Assembly: GCA_049510745.1 (NCBI GenBank)
Contig: JBEKYR010000066.1
Location: 1-17,954 of the forward strand
Length of the DNA stretch: 17,954 bases
Source of the DNA: Verrucomicrobiota bacterium
Lineage (GTDB): Bacteria > Verrucomicrobiota > Verrucomicrobiia > Limisphaerales > Palsa-1400
Reading direction: 5' to 3'
The notes beneath the pieces are model-generated. The model made no database searches, had not been told where the DNA came from, and was given only the letters and a program-made list of their open reading frames with translations. Positions 1-8,440 of this stretch are shown here, one piece after another (the stretch's first letter is position 1; every line of letters starts with the position of its first letter). The translations under genes and the position numbers were made by a program.

Positions 1-1
1 T

Positions 2-1819
2 GGAACGCCCTCGCCCGCTGTGGGCGGAAGCCAGCGCACCACCCACGGGGTGGGCAACGGCGGTGCATTTCAAGGGATGATCACCGAGGTCCGCAACAGC
101 GCGATATGCCGAAACGCGGCCAGCTTTGCTTTCAGCACCAATGTAGTCGGCGCAACGCCGAATTTCACCCTCGAGCCTCCCGCCAGTACGTTTATCGGGT
201 ATGGCCAGACCTTGACGCTCAACACCTTGGTTTCCGGCTCGCCTACCCCGGCCCTTCAATGGCAACAAACCAACACCAGCGGCGGGGGTTGGACAAATGT
301 CGTCGGCCAAACCAACAACACGCTGGAAATCAGCGGTGCCACTTTCTCCGCGGCGGGCCTCTATCGCCTGGTCGCCAGCAATAACATCCAAGGCTTTGCA
401 GAAGTGAAGAACAGCACCATCGCCAGCGTCACCATCGGCGCTGCTTTCTCCGAAGTGTTTAACACCGGCACCGACGCCAACGGTTCGGCGAACGCTGCTT
501 TGGCCGGCTCCAACGATCTTCACTATACGCTCGCCGACAGCGCCGATGTGACCCTCACCGGACCGGCGACGGCGGTTTGGTTGATGAGCGCCTTTCCCAT
601 CGCGGCCAACGGCGGCGGCTTCGCTAACATCGACGGTGTGTCTCAATTCGTCGGACCGACGTGGAACAACGGCGGAGGCGGTTATACATCAGTGCAAGGA
701 AACTACACGTACCGAACGCATTTCCTGGCCGATGCCGTCGATACCACCAAACCGGCTACGGTTAAAGGAACATGGTGGGCCAATACAACCGGAGCCGATA
801 TCGTGCTCAACGGCCTGTCCCTCGGCATTTCCACCGGAATCACCAATAACGGCCAGGGGTCAAGCCCGTTTACTATCACGAATGGATTCATTCCGGGGCT
901 CAATACGCTTGATTTCGTTGTCCCTTGCGTCAATCCCAACGGCTCCTATCCGGAATCCGCGGTGAGAGTGGAGTTTTCCTCCAAGCTGGGCCAAGCCTTA
1001 GCAGCCGGCCTCCCGCAGATTCTGACGGAGCCGGTAAGTGTAACCGTGAGCGACGCCAACGTCATACCGGGCACGAGCGCCTCGTTCTCCGTCGTTGCCA
1101 CGGGCCGTCCGCCTTTGACTTACCAATGGTATGCCGATGGCGCGCCGATCAGCGGCGCGACCGCGCGCACCTTGACCTTCCTCAACCCGACGGCTGGCGG
1201 GCAGGGAACCAACTTCTCGGTCGTCGTCAGCAATAGTTCCGGCCCTGTCACCAGCACGCCGCCCGCCGTGCTGACCATCGTGGAGACCAACCAGCCGCCG
1301 ATTGCGCCCAACAACACCTTCCTGGTCTATTCGAATAATTCGTTGACCATCGATCTGTCGAAATTGCTCCTGGCCACCGGGAATCCGAACAACGAACCAC
1401 TGACGATTAGCTGGGATTGGACGACAACCAACGGGGTTTCGCTCGCCCAGCCTGTCAGCGGCGGCAGCGCGCTCACCTACCTGGCCCTGGCGGGATTTGT
1501 CGGCTACGACGCCTTTAATTACTACATATCGGATGGCCAGGGGGGTATGGGAACAGGCACGAATTTCATCCGCGTTATTCCTCCGACGCTGCCGACGACC
1601 GTGCAGTCAGCGATCGTTGGCAAGAACTTTGTCTTCAGCGGAACCGGGGGCGTGCCGGGCGGCGGATACGTTATCCTCTCCTCGACGGACATTTCGACGG
1701 ACGTTTCCACGTGGACGCCTGTCGCGTCAGGGAATTTCGATAACACCGGCGCGTTCTCCGTGAGCATTCCCGTGAGCCTGACAAGCGCGGCGCAATACTA
1801 CGTGCTGGAATTGCCATAG
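2..1819 (+). CDS. Large secreted/surface protein, 5'-truncated by the window: end of a LamG-like jellyroll, Ig-like domain, beta-sandwich domain, second Ig-like domain, cadherin-like (Big_9-type) domain and a C-terminal Verrucomicrobia-type sorting-like domain
   Basis: The frame is open from base 2. FQGMITEVRNSAICR resembles a LamG C-terminus. The Ig I-set-like units are VSGSPTPALQWQ...AGLYRLVASN and ATGRPPLTYQWY...FSVVVSNSSG. NQPPIAPNN...GFVGYDAFNYYISDGQGG is cadherin-like. The protein ends YVILSSTDIS...WTPV...QYYVLELP and is rich in T/S/G/N. Confidence 0.85.
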   Translation, partial: GTPSPAVGGSQRTTHGVGNGGAFQGMITEVRNSAICRNAASFAFSTNVVGATPNFTLEPPASTFIGYGQTLTLNTLVSGSPTPALQWQQTNTSGGGWTNVVGQTNNTLEISGATFSAAGLYRLVASNNIQGFAEVKNSTIASVTIGAAFSEVFNTGTDANGSANAALAGSNDLHYTLADSADVTLTGPATAVWLMSAFPIAANGGGFANIDGVSQFVGPTWNNGGGGYTSVQGNYTYRTHFLADAVDTTKPATVKGTWWANTTGADIVLNGLSLGISTGITNNGQGSSPFTITNGFIPGLNTLDFVVPCVNPNGSYPESAVRVEFSSKLGQALAAGLPQILTEPVSVTVSDANVIPGTSASFSVVATGRPPLTYQWYADGAPISGATARTLTFLNPTAGGQGTNFSVVVSNSSGPVTSTPPAVLTIVETNQPPIAPNNTFLVYSNNSLTIDLSKLLLATGNPNNEPLTISWDWTTTNGVSLAQPVSGGSALTYLALAGFVGYDAFNYYISDGQGGMGTGTNFIRVIPPTLPTTVQSAIVGKNFVFSGTGGVPGGGYVILSSTDISTDVSTWTPVASGNFDNTGAFSVSIPVSLTSAAQYYVLELP

Positions 1820-1860
1820 AAGACACCAACGGTTCCTTGGGGCAGGCGCCTCGGGGAGCA

Positions 1861-1917
1861 CAGCCGCGCGTCGCTATCAGCCTGGTTTACGCAGCCGGGT
1901 GATAGCGGCGCGCGTTG
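1861..1917 (+). terminator. Long GC-rich stem-loop between convergent genes (terminator or 3' stabiliser)
   Basis: CGCGCGTCGCTATCA(G)CCTGG pairs with CCGGGTGATAGCGGCGCGCG. The mismatches are G-U compatible on the + strand. Only a short TTTGTT follows. Confidence 0.6.
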
Positions 1918-1924
1918 CCGTTTG

Positions 1925-2668
1925 TTAAAGCTGCTTGGCGTACTTGGCGCGGGCGGCGGCTGAGAGCGCCCATAAATTCTGCGGCCAAAGGTCTTGGCCG
2001 GCCCGAACCAGGCGCGCGCTGTTGTCGGCAAAAGCGTAATCGGAGCCTGATGTGTGCGTCATCTGGTTCAACTCGGTAATGTCGTTGCCCATGTCGCCGG
2101 AAATCTCCAGCAGGTCCATGTAGTACTGGTCGGAAGTCGGAAGTTTTTCGCCCAGGATAATCGTATCGGACGGGAACTGGATTTTGGATTCGGGCAGCCC
2201 TTGGAGCCAGGCGCCGTTCATAAAGGTCTGGAAGCTGCCGGAATCCAGAGTGGCGTAAAAATAATCATTGAAACCATTGATCATGTAAGTGCGCGGAGAA
2301 TTGTCGGCGATGTGATTGGTGTCGGGATCGCCCGCGCTTTGGGGATGGAACATGGCATCGACGGGGCAGAGGAGGAGGGCGACGTTTTTGTAGGCGGGAT
2401 AAAGCGCCTGGGGCCAGCGGTTGGTGGCCAGGCGCGGCGGAAAGAAGCCGGCGTTGTCCTGGGCGTACATGGAGTTGGCGAGGCCCAGTTGCCTGAGATT
2501 GTCCAGGCACGACATGCGCTGGCCGGCCTGCTTGGCTTTGGCCAAAGAGGGCAGGAGCATGCTGGCCAGAATGGCAATGATGGCGATGACCACCAGAAGT
2601 TCAATCAAGGTGAAACCCGCCCGGCCTTTCGCCGCGCGGCGGCCCGATAGTGCTGCTGTGTTTCTCAT
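1925..2668 (-). CDS. Prepilin-type N-terminal cleavage/methylation domain protein (PVC DUF1559/H-X9-DG-like family)
   Basis: [29 protein letters not shown]...C-x2-NLRQ, LLCP-x-D, and C-terminal [12 protein letters not shown] (H-X9-DN variant). ATG at 2668 was preferred to the upstream GTG at 2686. Confidence 0.9.
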   Translation of the reverse strand: MRNTAALSGRRAAKGRAGFTLIELLVVIAIIAILASMLLPSLAKAKQAGQRMSCLDNLRQLGLANSMYAQDNAGFFPPRLATNRWPQALYPAYKNVALLLCPVDAMFHPQSAGDPDTNHIADNSPRTYMINGFNDYFYATLDSGSFQTFMNGAWLQGLPESKIQFPSDTIILGEKLPTSDQYYMDLLEISGDMGNDITELNQMTHTSGSDYAFADNSARLVRAGQDLWPQNLWALSAAARAKYAKQL

Positions 2669-2740
2669 AAATCGTTGGCCAGGCACTGGCTCAAACTAAA
2701 TCGAATAACTCTTCATCCAACCGTGTCATTTCTACAAGAG

Positions 2741-3172
2741 ATGAATAGAACAACGGCCTTGCTGGTTGGCCTTGCCGCGCTGGCAACCGTCTGGCTTGCC
2801 TTCTTCTCTGACTGGCACAAGGCCCGGAAAATTCAAATTTTGTTGGCGGTTTACCCGGCGGGAATCCTGCCGGGGACCTCCTCGGACACCCTGGTGTTTT
2901 GCCTGGACAAGGCGTATCCGCTGACGTCGATAAAAGTGGTGGAGTCGGAGGAGGCGCGCACCAACAAATATGCCCACGCCCTCTGGCACCTGGTGGCCGC
3001 AGCCCCGGCCAAACCGATCAAGAGCTTCCGCTACGGCGCCGCCGTTCCCGGCCTGCGGCCAGAGGTTTCCACGGCGCTGCCGGAGCCGCTGCAGGCCGGG
3101 GCGAGCTATTCGTTGCTGGTCGAAGCGGGAAAGGATCTCAAGGGCGAGCTGACTTTTCAACCTCCGCCCTGA
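2741..3172 (+). CDS. Hypothetical protein with an N-terminal membrane anchor/signal sequence (143 aa)
   Basis: ATG at 2741 is followed by a hydrophobic stretch (TALLVGLAALATVWLAFF) and a beta-rich globular part. The gene is divergent from the prepilin gene and fills the gap before glgA. Confidence 0.7.
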   Translation: MNRTTALLVGLAALATVWLAFFSDWHKARKIQILLAVYPAGILPGTSSDTLVFCLDKAYPLTSIKVVESEEARTNKYAHALWHLVAAAPAKPIKSFRYGAAVPGLRPEVSTALPEPLQAGASYSLLVEAGKDLKGELTFQPPP

Positions 3173-3207
3173 GCCGCCCCCGGCCCTCCGCGATAAAAAG
3201 AAATGAA

Positions 3208-4677
3208 TCATGTTTTTTTGCTTGTGCCTTGGGCGGCCCGCAGGCGGCGGTAGAGCTTCTGGTAGGCCGCCGCCGTGCGTTCCCACGAGAAATCGCTGGC
3301 CATGCCGTTGCGGCGATAATGGTCCAGCAAGGCCGGGTCGGCGTAGAGCACCAGGGCCTTGCGAATCGCCTTGGCCAGCGCCCGCGCGGAATACTCGCTG
3401 AACTTGATGCCGTCCGCCCGCCGGGGGTCCTCCGCGGCATCGACCACCGAATCGTCCAGCCCGCCGGTCACGCGGACAATGGGGATGGCGCCGTAACGCA
3501 GGCTGTACATCTGGTTCAAGCCGCACGGCTCAAAGCGCGAGGGCATCAAGTAGAAATCGCACCCGGCTTCGATGCGCTGCGACAGGCCGGTGTCAAAGCC
3601 GATTTTGACCGCGCACTTGGAGGGATGGCGCTCGGCCAGCTTGCGATAGCCCCGCTCGTAGTCGCGCTGGCCGCTGCCCAGCAGGACGAATTGGAGGTCC
3701 GCCGCCAGCATCTCCTGCAGGGCCGCCAATTGAATATCCACCCCCTTTTGATCGGCCAGCCGGGTAATGGTTCCGAAGAGCGGCGTCCTTGGCGCGACCG
3801 GCAGTCCGAGTTCCCGCTGCAAGGCGGCCTTGCCGGCTTGTTTGCCGCTCAGGTCCGTGGCGGAATAGGAATGCTCCAGATAGGGGTTGCCCTGTGTTTT
3901 CCATTCGTCGTAATCGACTCCGTTGAGAATGCCGTGCAGGACGCTCTGCCGCCGCCGCAAGGCCCCGTCCAGGCCGCAGCCGAGCGCCTCGGTGGTGATT
4001 TCGCGCGCATAGCGCGGGCTGACGGTGGTCAGCAGGTCGGCGAACACGATGCCTGCTTTGAGGAAATTGAACCCGCCATAGAACTCCGCGCCCTCCGGTT
4101 GAAAATAAGTGGCGGGCAGATTGGCCAGGTCGTACTTGGCCGGGGGGAAATGGCCCTGATAGGCCAGGTTATGAATCGTCAGGCAGGTCGGCGGCGCGGC
4201 AGTCCAGCGGTCGCGCTGTTTCTGGTCGAGCGCCAGCAAGGCCGCCAGAGCCGTCTGCCAATCGTGCAAATGAAGCACCTCCGGTTGCCAGGGCAGGTAA
4301 CGGGCCAGATGGACCACGGCCTTGGAAAGGAAGACAAACCGCTCGGCGTTGTCCGGATAATCGAAGCCCCGTTCCTGGTATAAATCGGCGCGTTCAAAGA
4401 AATCCTTCTGCTCGATAAAATAGGCCGTCAATCCGGGCAGCGACTCGCGCGTCCAAACGCTCCCGGCCACGCGGTCGGGGCCGAGGGGCAATTCCAGTTT
4501 CCAATCAAAGGGCCGGAGGTCCGGGAAGAGGTCGCGCAGGCCGCGATAGAGCGGGGTGACCAGGCCGACTTGGTGGCCGGCGCGGGCCAGGAACTTCGCC
4601 AGCGCGCCCACCATGTCGGCCAGGCCACCCGTCTTGGAGTAAGGCAGGGCCTCGCTGCTGGCCAGCAGGATTTTCAT
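3208..4677 (-). CDS. glgA: Glycogen synthase (ADP-glucose, GT5)
   Basis: MKILLASSEALPYSKTGGLADM (KTGGL motif), HDWQT, TIHNLAYQG, PSRFEPCGLNQMYSLRYG. The start overlaps the serS stop (TGATG). Confidence 0.97.
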   Translation of the reverse strand: MKILLASSEALPYSKTGGLADMVGALAKFLARAGHQVGLVTPLYRGLRDLFPDLRPFDWKLELPLGPDRVAGSVWTRESLPGLTAYFIEQKDFFERADLYQERGFDYPDNAERFVFLSKAVVHLARYLPWQPEVLHLHDWQTALAALLALDQKQRDRWTAAPPTCLTIHNLAYQGHFPPAKYDLANLPATYFQPEGAEFYGGFNFLKAGIVFADLLTTVSPRYAREITTEALGCGLDGALRRRQSVLHGILNGVDYDEWKTQGNPYLEHSYSATDLSGKQAGKAALQRELGLPVAPRTPLFGTITRLADQKGVDIQLAALQEMLAADLQFVLLGSGQRDYERGYRKLAERHPSKCAVKIGFDTGLSQRIEAGCDFYLMPSRFEPCGLNQMYSLRYGAIPIVRVTGGLDDSVVDAAEDPRRADGIKFSEYSARALAKAIRKALVLYADPALLDHYRRNGMASDFSWERTAAAYQKLYRRLRAAQGTSKKT

Positions 4678-5984
4678 CACGCCGGGGCCGCGATCCGGTC
4701 CGTTTTCAACCACGGGCGCAACGCCGGCGGAATGCTCACACTGCCGTCGGCTTGTTGATAGGTTTCGACCAGCGCCACGAAGAGCCGTGCCAGGGCCGTG
4801 CCGCTGCCGTTGAGCAGATGCGGGAACTTGTTTTCGCCCGACTCGGTTTTAAAGCGCAGGTTCATGCGGCGGGTTTGAAAATCCGCGCAATTGGAGCAAC
4901 TGGACACCTCCAGGTATTGCCCCTGGCCCGGCGCCCAGACTTCGAGGTCGTAAGTCAGGGCGCTGGCAAAGCCCATGTCGGCGGTGCAGAGCTGAAGGAC
5001 GCGGTAATGCAGGCCCAGCAGTTGGAGGACGCGCTCGGCGTTGGCCACCAGTTTCTCCAACTCGTCGTAGCCGTTTTCCGGGCGGGTGATTTTGATCAAC
5101 TCCACCTTGTCAAACTGATGGACGCGGATCATGCCGCGGGTGCCCACGCCCGCCGCCCCCGCCTCGCCGCGAAAGCAGGGGGTGTAGGCGCAATAATAAA
5201 TGGGCAACTGGCTCTCCTTCAAAATCTCCTCGCGATGGATGTTGGCCAGCGGCGTCTCGGCCGTCGGGATGAGGAACAATTTCCCCAAGGTGGAGGCGTC
5301 CAACCCCTCCTGCGCGGCGTAGTATTGGTCAACGAATTTGGGGAACTGCCCCGCTCCCACCATGCAATCGCGGTTGACCAGAAAGGGGGGCGAAATCTCG
5401 GTGTAGCCGTGCTCGCCGGTGTGCAGATCGAGCATGAACTGGATCAAGGCCCGCTCCAGGCGCGCTCCCCATCCGGTGTAAAGAAGAAACCCGGCGCCCG
5501 CGATCTTCGCCGCCCGCCCGAAATCCACCAGGCGGAGGCCGTCGCAAATTTCAACGTGCGTCCTGGGCTTGAAATCCAGCCGCGCCTTTTCGCCCCACAC
5601 CCGCACTTCCAGGTTGTCGGCGGCCGATTGGCCGGTTTTGACCGTTTCGTGCGGCAGATTGGGCAATTGCAAGAGCAAGGCGTCGCGCCGCTCGCCCGCC
5701 TCGGTGGTTTCCTTGTCCAAGGCCGCGATGCGCGCGCCCAGGTCGCGCGTTTCCGCCTTTTTCGCTTCGGCCTCGGCGGTTTTTTTTTGGGCCATGAGGG
5801 CGCCGATTTCCTTGGAGACACGATTGCGGGCGGCCTTGAGCAGTTCGACCTCGGCCAGGCCCTTGCGCCGGCGCTCGTCCAAGGCGAGCACTTCGGCGAT
5901 CTTGTCGGCGTCGCCGCCCTGGCGCGTGGCCAGGCGTTGGCGGACAAAATCGGATTTTTCGCGAATCAATCGAATATCGAGCAT
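4677..5984 (-). CDS. serS: Serine--tRNA ligase (435 aa)
   Basis: MLDIRLIRE N-terminus with coiled-coil arm, LIPTAE, FRGEAGAAGVGTRGMIRVHQFDKVE, EVSSCSNC, LNGSGTA. The true start is the ATG at 5984, not the 6533 given in the ORF track. Confidence 0.98.
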   Translation of the reverse strand: MLDIRLIREKSDFVRQRLATRQGGDADKIAEVLALDERRRKGLAEVELLKAARNRVSKEIGALMAQKKTAEAEAKKAETRDLGARIAALDKETTEAGERRDALLLQLPNLPHETVKTGQSAADNLEVRVWGEKARLDFKPRTHVEICDGLRLVDFGRAAKIAGAGFLLYTGWGARLERALIQFMLDLHTGEHGYTEISPPFLVNRDCMVGAGQFPKFVDQYYAAQEGLDASTLGKLFLIPTAETPLANIHREEILKESQLPIYYCAYTPCFRGEAGAAGVGTRGMIRVHQFDKVELIKITRPENGYDELEKLVANAERVLQLLGLHYRVLQLCTADMGFASALTYDLEVWAPGQGQYLEVSSCSNCADFQTRRMNLRFKTESGENKFPHLLNGSGTALARLFVALVETYQQADGSVSIPPALRPWLKTDRIAAPA

Positions 5985-5990
5985 GGGCGC

Positions 5991-6018
5991 ATTATAAAAA
6001 TCGAAGGCTCGACCGCAA
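5991..6018 (-). promoter_or_regulatory. Sigma70-type promoter of serS, probably leaderless
   Basis: TTGCGG (6018-6013), 16 nt, TATAAT (5996-5991), 6 nt, ATG. No Shine-Dalgarno sequence is visible. Confidence 0.7.
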
Positions 6019-6031
6019 GCGGGGAATCCGG
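6002..6031 (+). repeat. 30-bp direct repeat, copy 1 (copy 2 at 7812-7841)
   Basis: CGAAGGCTCGACCGCAAGCGGGGAATCCGG versus CGAAGGCTCGACCGCCAGCGGGGGATCCGG, 28/30 identical. Confidence 0.92.
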
Positions 6032-6037
6032 GCCGGC

Positions 6038-7537
6038 TCATTTGGGCAGGTAAATGGAGAGATGGCCGATCTCGGCGGTTTTCCGGTAATCCGCCTGCAC
6101 ATAATTCAGGACGACGGGGGCAAATCGGCCCAGTTCCGACTCGTCGGTGATGACCACGACCGCCGGCGGGTCGTGCATGGCTTCTTCGACCAACGTCCGG
6201 TGATCGGCGGCGGTCTGATCGCCCGGCCAGAGGTAGTTCCAACGGGTGGGATTGCGCCGCTGGCACAGAAAATACAGCATGGGCTGGTAGGGCAGGCAGA
6301 GAATGGACCGGTCCGCCGGCGCGTGTTCCTGCACGCGGCGCACAAAAGTGGCCAGGCCCGCGGCGCCTTGGAACCGCACGCCGGCCCGCGCCAGCGGCGC
6401 CTGTTCCTGAGTGCCTTCGTCCCGCAGGAACACCGGTTTTGTCAATACCAGGAAACCGGCCAGCGCGCCGGCCGCCGCCACGGCGAACGACGCTCCGGCC
6501 ACTCCCGATGACCAAGCCGCCTCCCACAGGCACGCGCCCAAGATGTAAAACGGGGCCAGCGTGAGCAGGAGATGGAAATTATCCGACCGTCCAAGGACCT
6601 GGCAGTAAAACAACCCCGCCCACACGAGCATGAAGGTGATGTTGGCCTCGCGCAACGCGTAGAGCCGCCGCCGGACTTGCCGCCAGAGCCAGAACGCGGC
6701 CAGGATGCCCACGACAGGCGGAAGGTAAAAGAGGCCCACGATGGCGTTGCGCGCCGCCGGCAGTTCCGGGCTGAAGCGCGGAAACGGCACGGCGTTGGTT
6801 TTCACATAGGTCGTCACGAAATAAACGACCAGTTGTTGGAACATGGCGGGAAGCGCTCCCTCGATCCACCAATAAACGGCCCACGGCAGGAATCCCAGGA
6901 CAAGGCCCGCGCTCCACCAGGCGAAGACGCGGGCCAGGGTTGCCTTTGGAACAAGCGGGCCGGCACACTTCAGCGCCAGTGTGTAAGCCACAATCGAGAG
7001 CGCGACGTAGAAGCCTTGGTCGTGTCTGGAGAGCACGGCGGCGGCGGTCATAAGGCCCGCCGGCAATCCGCCCGCCGGCCCGCCCCCGCTCCGCATCGCT
7101 CGCAGATAGAGGAAGACCGCCGCCGCCGCCGCCGTGGCGCCTTGCCAGGAGGCGTAAGGCACGAAATGGAAATAGGGGATGCCCACCACGGTGGCCGGCA
7201 GGGCCGCCGCCAATGACAGAAGCGGCCCGAGCATGGTGCGCGCAATTCCGTAGATGAGCAACGGCAGCGCCAGGTAAATTGCAAAGCCCAACAGCCGCAG
7301 GGAGAGAAGCGAGGTCCCGCAGAGCTTATACATGACTGCGGCGGTGTAAAACGACAAAGGCGGCTGCAGGCTGGCGAAATCGCGATTGGGCAATTGTCCC
7401 TGCATCACGCGCTCGGCCCCGTAGGCCAGGACTCCCTCGTCCCTGAGATCAATTCCCGAGCGAAACCGAGGCCATCCCACAACGAGACAAACCAGGACCA
7501 GCAGAAGCGGGTAAAGCCAGGCAGCGATCCGATTCAT
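6038..7537 (-). CDS. Multi-pass membrane protein, probable GT-C fold (ArnT/GT39/GT87-like) glycosyltransferase (499 aa)
   Basis: First TM helix followed by a DEG...PNRDF...QPPL loop typical of GT-C enzymes, many TM segments and a soluble C-terminal domain. The ATG at 7537 overlaps the upstream stop (ATGA). Confidence 0.75.
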   Translation of the reverse strand: MNRIAAWLYPLLLVLVCLVVGWPRFRSGIDLRDEGVLAYGAERVMQGQLPNRDFASLQPPLSFYTAAVMYKLCGTSLLSLRLLGFAIYLALPLLIYGIARTMLGPLLSLAAALPATVVGIPYFHFVPYASWQGATAAAAAVFLYLRAMRSGGGPAGGLPAGLMTAAAVLSRHDQGFYVALSIVAYTLALKCAGPLVPKATLARVFAWWSAGLVLGFLPWAVYWWIEGALPAMFQQLVVYFVTTYVKTNAVPFPRFSPELPAARNAIVGLFYLPPVVGILAAFWLWRQVRRRLYALREANITFMLVWAGLFYCQVLGRSDNFHLLLTLAPFYILGACLWEAAWSSGVAGASFAVAAAGALAGFLVLTKPVFLRDEGTQEQAPLARAGVRFQGAAGLATFVRRVQEHAPADRSILCLPYQPMLYFLCQRRNPTRWNYLWPGDQTAADHRTLVEEAMHDPPAVVVITDESELGRFAPVVLNYVQADYRKTAEIGHLSIYLPK

Positions 7538-7746
7538 TTTTTCGCAAAACCTTTGCGAGGCGAGAGGTCTTTCGGCCCGGAAACGCATCCGGCCAGACGC
7601 ATGAATGCCGGTGTAGTGCCGCCCGCCCTGGCCTTCTCCAATTGCTCCCGGACCAGTTGGCCCCGCGACGCCCCGGCCTGGGACGCCGTCTCATCCAGCC
7701 ATCGGGCCAGGTCTTTGTCAGCACGGATCGAAATTGTGCGGCTCAT
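7534..7746 (-). CDS. CopG/ribbon-helix-helix protein of the VapB-type antitoxin kind (70 aa), with no adjacent toxin
   Basis: MSRTISIRADKDLARWLDETASQAGASRGQLVREQLE (strand-helix-helix) plus a FMRLAGCVSGPKDLS tail like those of antitoxins that precede PIN toxins. Upstream is TTGCCT-17-TAGACC-8-ATG. Confidence 0.8.
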   Translation of the reverse strand: MSRTISIRADKDLARWLDETASQAGASRGQLVREQLEKARAGGTTPAFMRLAGCVSGPKDLSPRKGFAKK

Positions 7747-7811
7747 ACGCCAAAGGTCTATTCGTTTTCCTTCAGTCAGGCAAGCCGAGTCTGGATGGAA
7801 ATGGCAAGAAA

Positions 7812-7841
7812 CGAAGGCTCGACCGCCAGCGGGGGATCCGG
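7812..7841 (+). repeat. 30-bp direct repeat, copy 2; contains the putative -35 of the MOSC gene
   Basis: 28/30 match to 6002-6031. TCGACC (7819-7824), 17 nt, CAGGAT (7842-7847), 6 nt, ATG at 7854. Confidence 0.9.
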
Positions 7842-7853
7842 CAGGATGCCGCC

Positions 7854-8339
7854 ATGACCGCTCAGGCTGGAACAGTCGCATCGCTTCATCTGCACCCGGA
7901 GATTTCGGGCGAGCCGCTACGCGCCGTGGCCGAAGTGTATGCCGAAGGCGGGAAGGGCCTGGCTGGCGACGCCCGGTTTTTTGGGCGCAAGAACCAAAAA
8001 GGCGAGCCGAGCCGCCGCCAGGTGAGCCTGATCGCCCGCGAGGAAATCGCGCGGCACGCCGCCTCGCTTTCTCTGCCGGGCTTGCCTCCCGGCGCCGTCC
8101 GTTCCAACGTCGAAACCAGCGGCCTGGACCTGGTTTCCTTTCTCGGTTGTCAAATGGAAATCGGCGAGGCGCTGCTGCTCTTCTGCGAGGCCCGGACGCC
8201 GTGCGACAAAATGGACCGCGTCGCCCCCGGCTTGCGGGCGCTCATGGCCGACGGCCGCCAGGGCGTGCTGGCGGAAGTCCTCCGTCCGGGCCGCATCCGC
8301 GTCGGGGACGCCATCCGGCCGGTCAAACCAGGCGGGTAA
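7854..8339 (+). CDS. MOSC domain-containing protein (161 aa)
   Basis: GLAGDARF, RQVSLI, PGAVRSNVETSG, RTPCDKMD (conserved Cys) and GVLAEVLRPGRIRVGD. The start was set to the ATG at 7854 so that it does not overlap the RHH gene. Confidence 0.9.
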   Translation: MTAQAGTVASLHLHPEISGEPLRAVAEVYAEGGKGLAGDARFFGRKNQKGEPSRRQVSLIAREEIARHAASLSLPGLPPGAVRSNVETSGLDLVSFLGCQMEIGEALLLFCEARTPCDKMDRVAPGLRALMADGRQGVLAEVLRPGRIRVGDAIRPVKPGG

Positions 8340-8373
8340 GTGGCGGGGGGGGGAAGCCCTTATATTATGTCCG

Positions 8374-8417
8374 ATGGGAGTGCTGAGGATCGAGTGTTGA
8401 GCGAGTTCATGGTTCAA
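8374..8417 (+). repeat. Degenerate heptamer tandem repeats
   Basis: ATGGGAG TGCTGAG GATCGAG TGTTGAG (GAG every 7 nt), then AGTTCAT GGTTCAA. Confidence 0.5.
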
Positions 8418-8440
8418 GAGGGGGCAACCAAAAAAAGACG

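Noticed and set aside
1820..1924. tRNA or riboswitch in the intergenic hairpin
   Set aside because: There is no cloverleaf, T-loop or known aptamer motif. A single stem between convergent genes is best explained as a terminator.
2899..4383. 494-aa plus-strand ORF
   Set aside because: It is the antisense shadow of glgA in GC-rich DNA and has no recognisable motifs.
5270..5330. Apparent insertion in SerRS before LIPTAE
   Set aside because: This loop is naturally variable in length among bacterial SerRS enzymes.
4752..6053. 433-aa plus-strand ORF
   Set aside because: It is the antisense shadow of serS.
5985..6533. 183-aa N-terminal extension of SerRS in the ORF track
   Set aside because: It is an off-frame overlap with the GT-C gene. 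The canonical MLDIRLIRE start and a TATAAT box lie at 5984-5996.
7394..8386. 330-aa Arg/Pro-rich ORF
   Set aside because: It overlaps three better-supported genes and has the composition of an off-frame translation.
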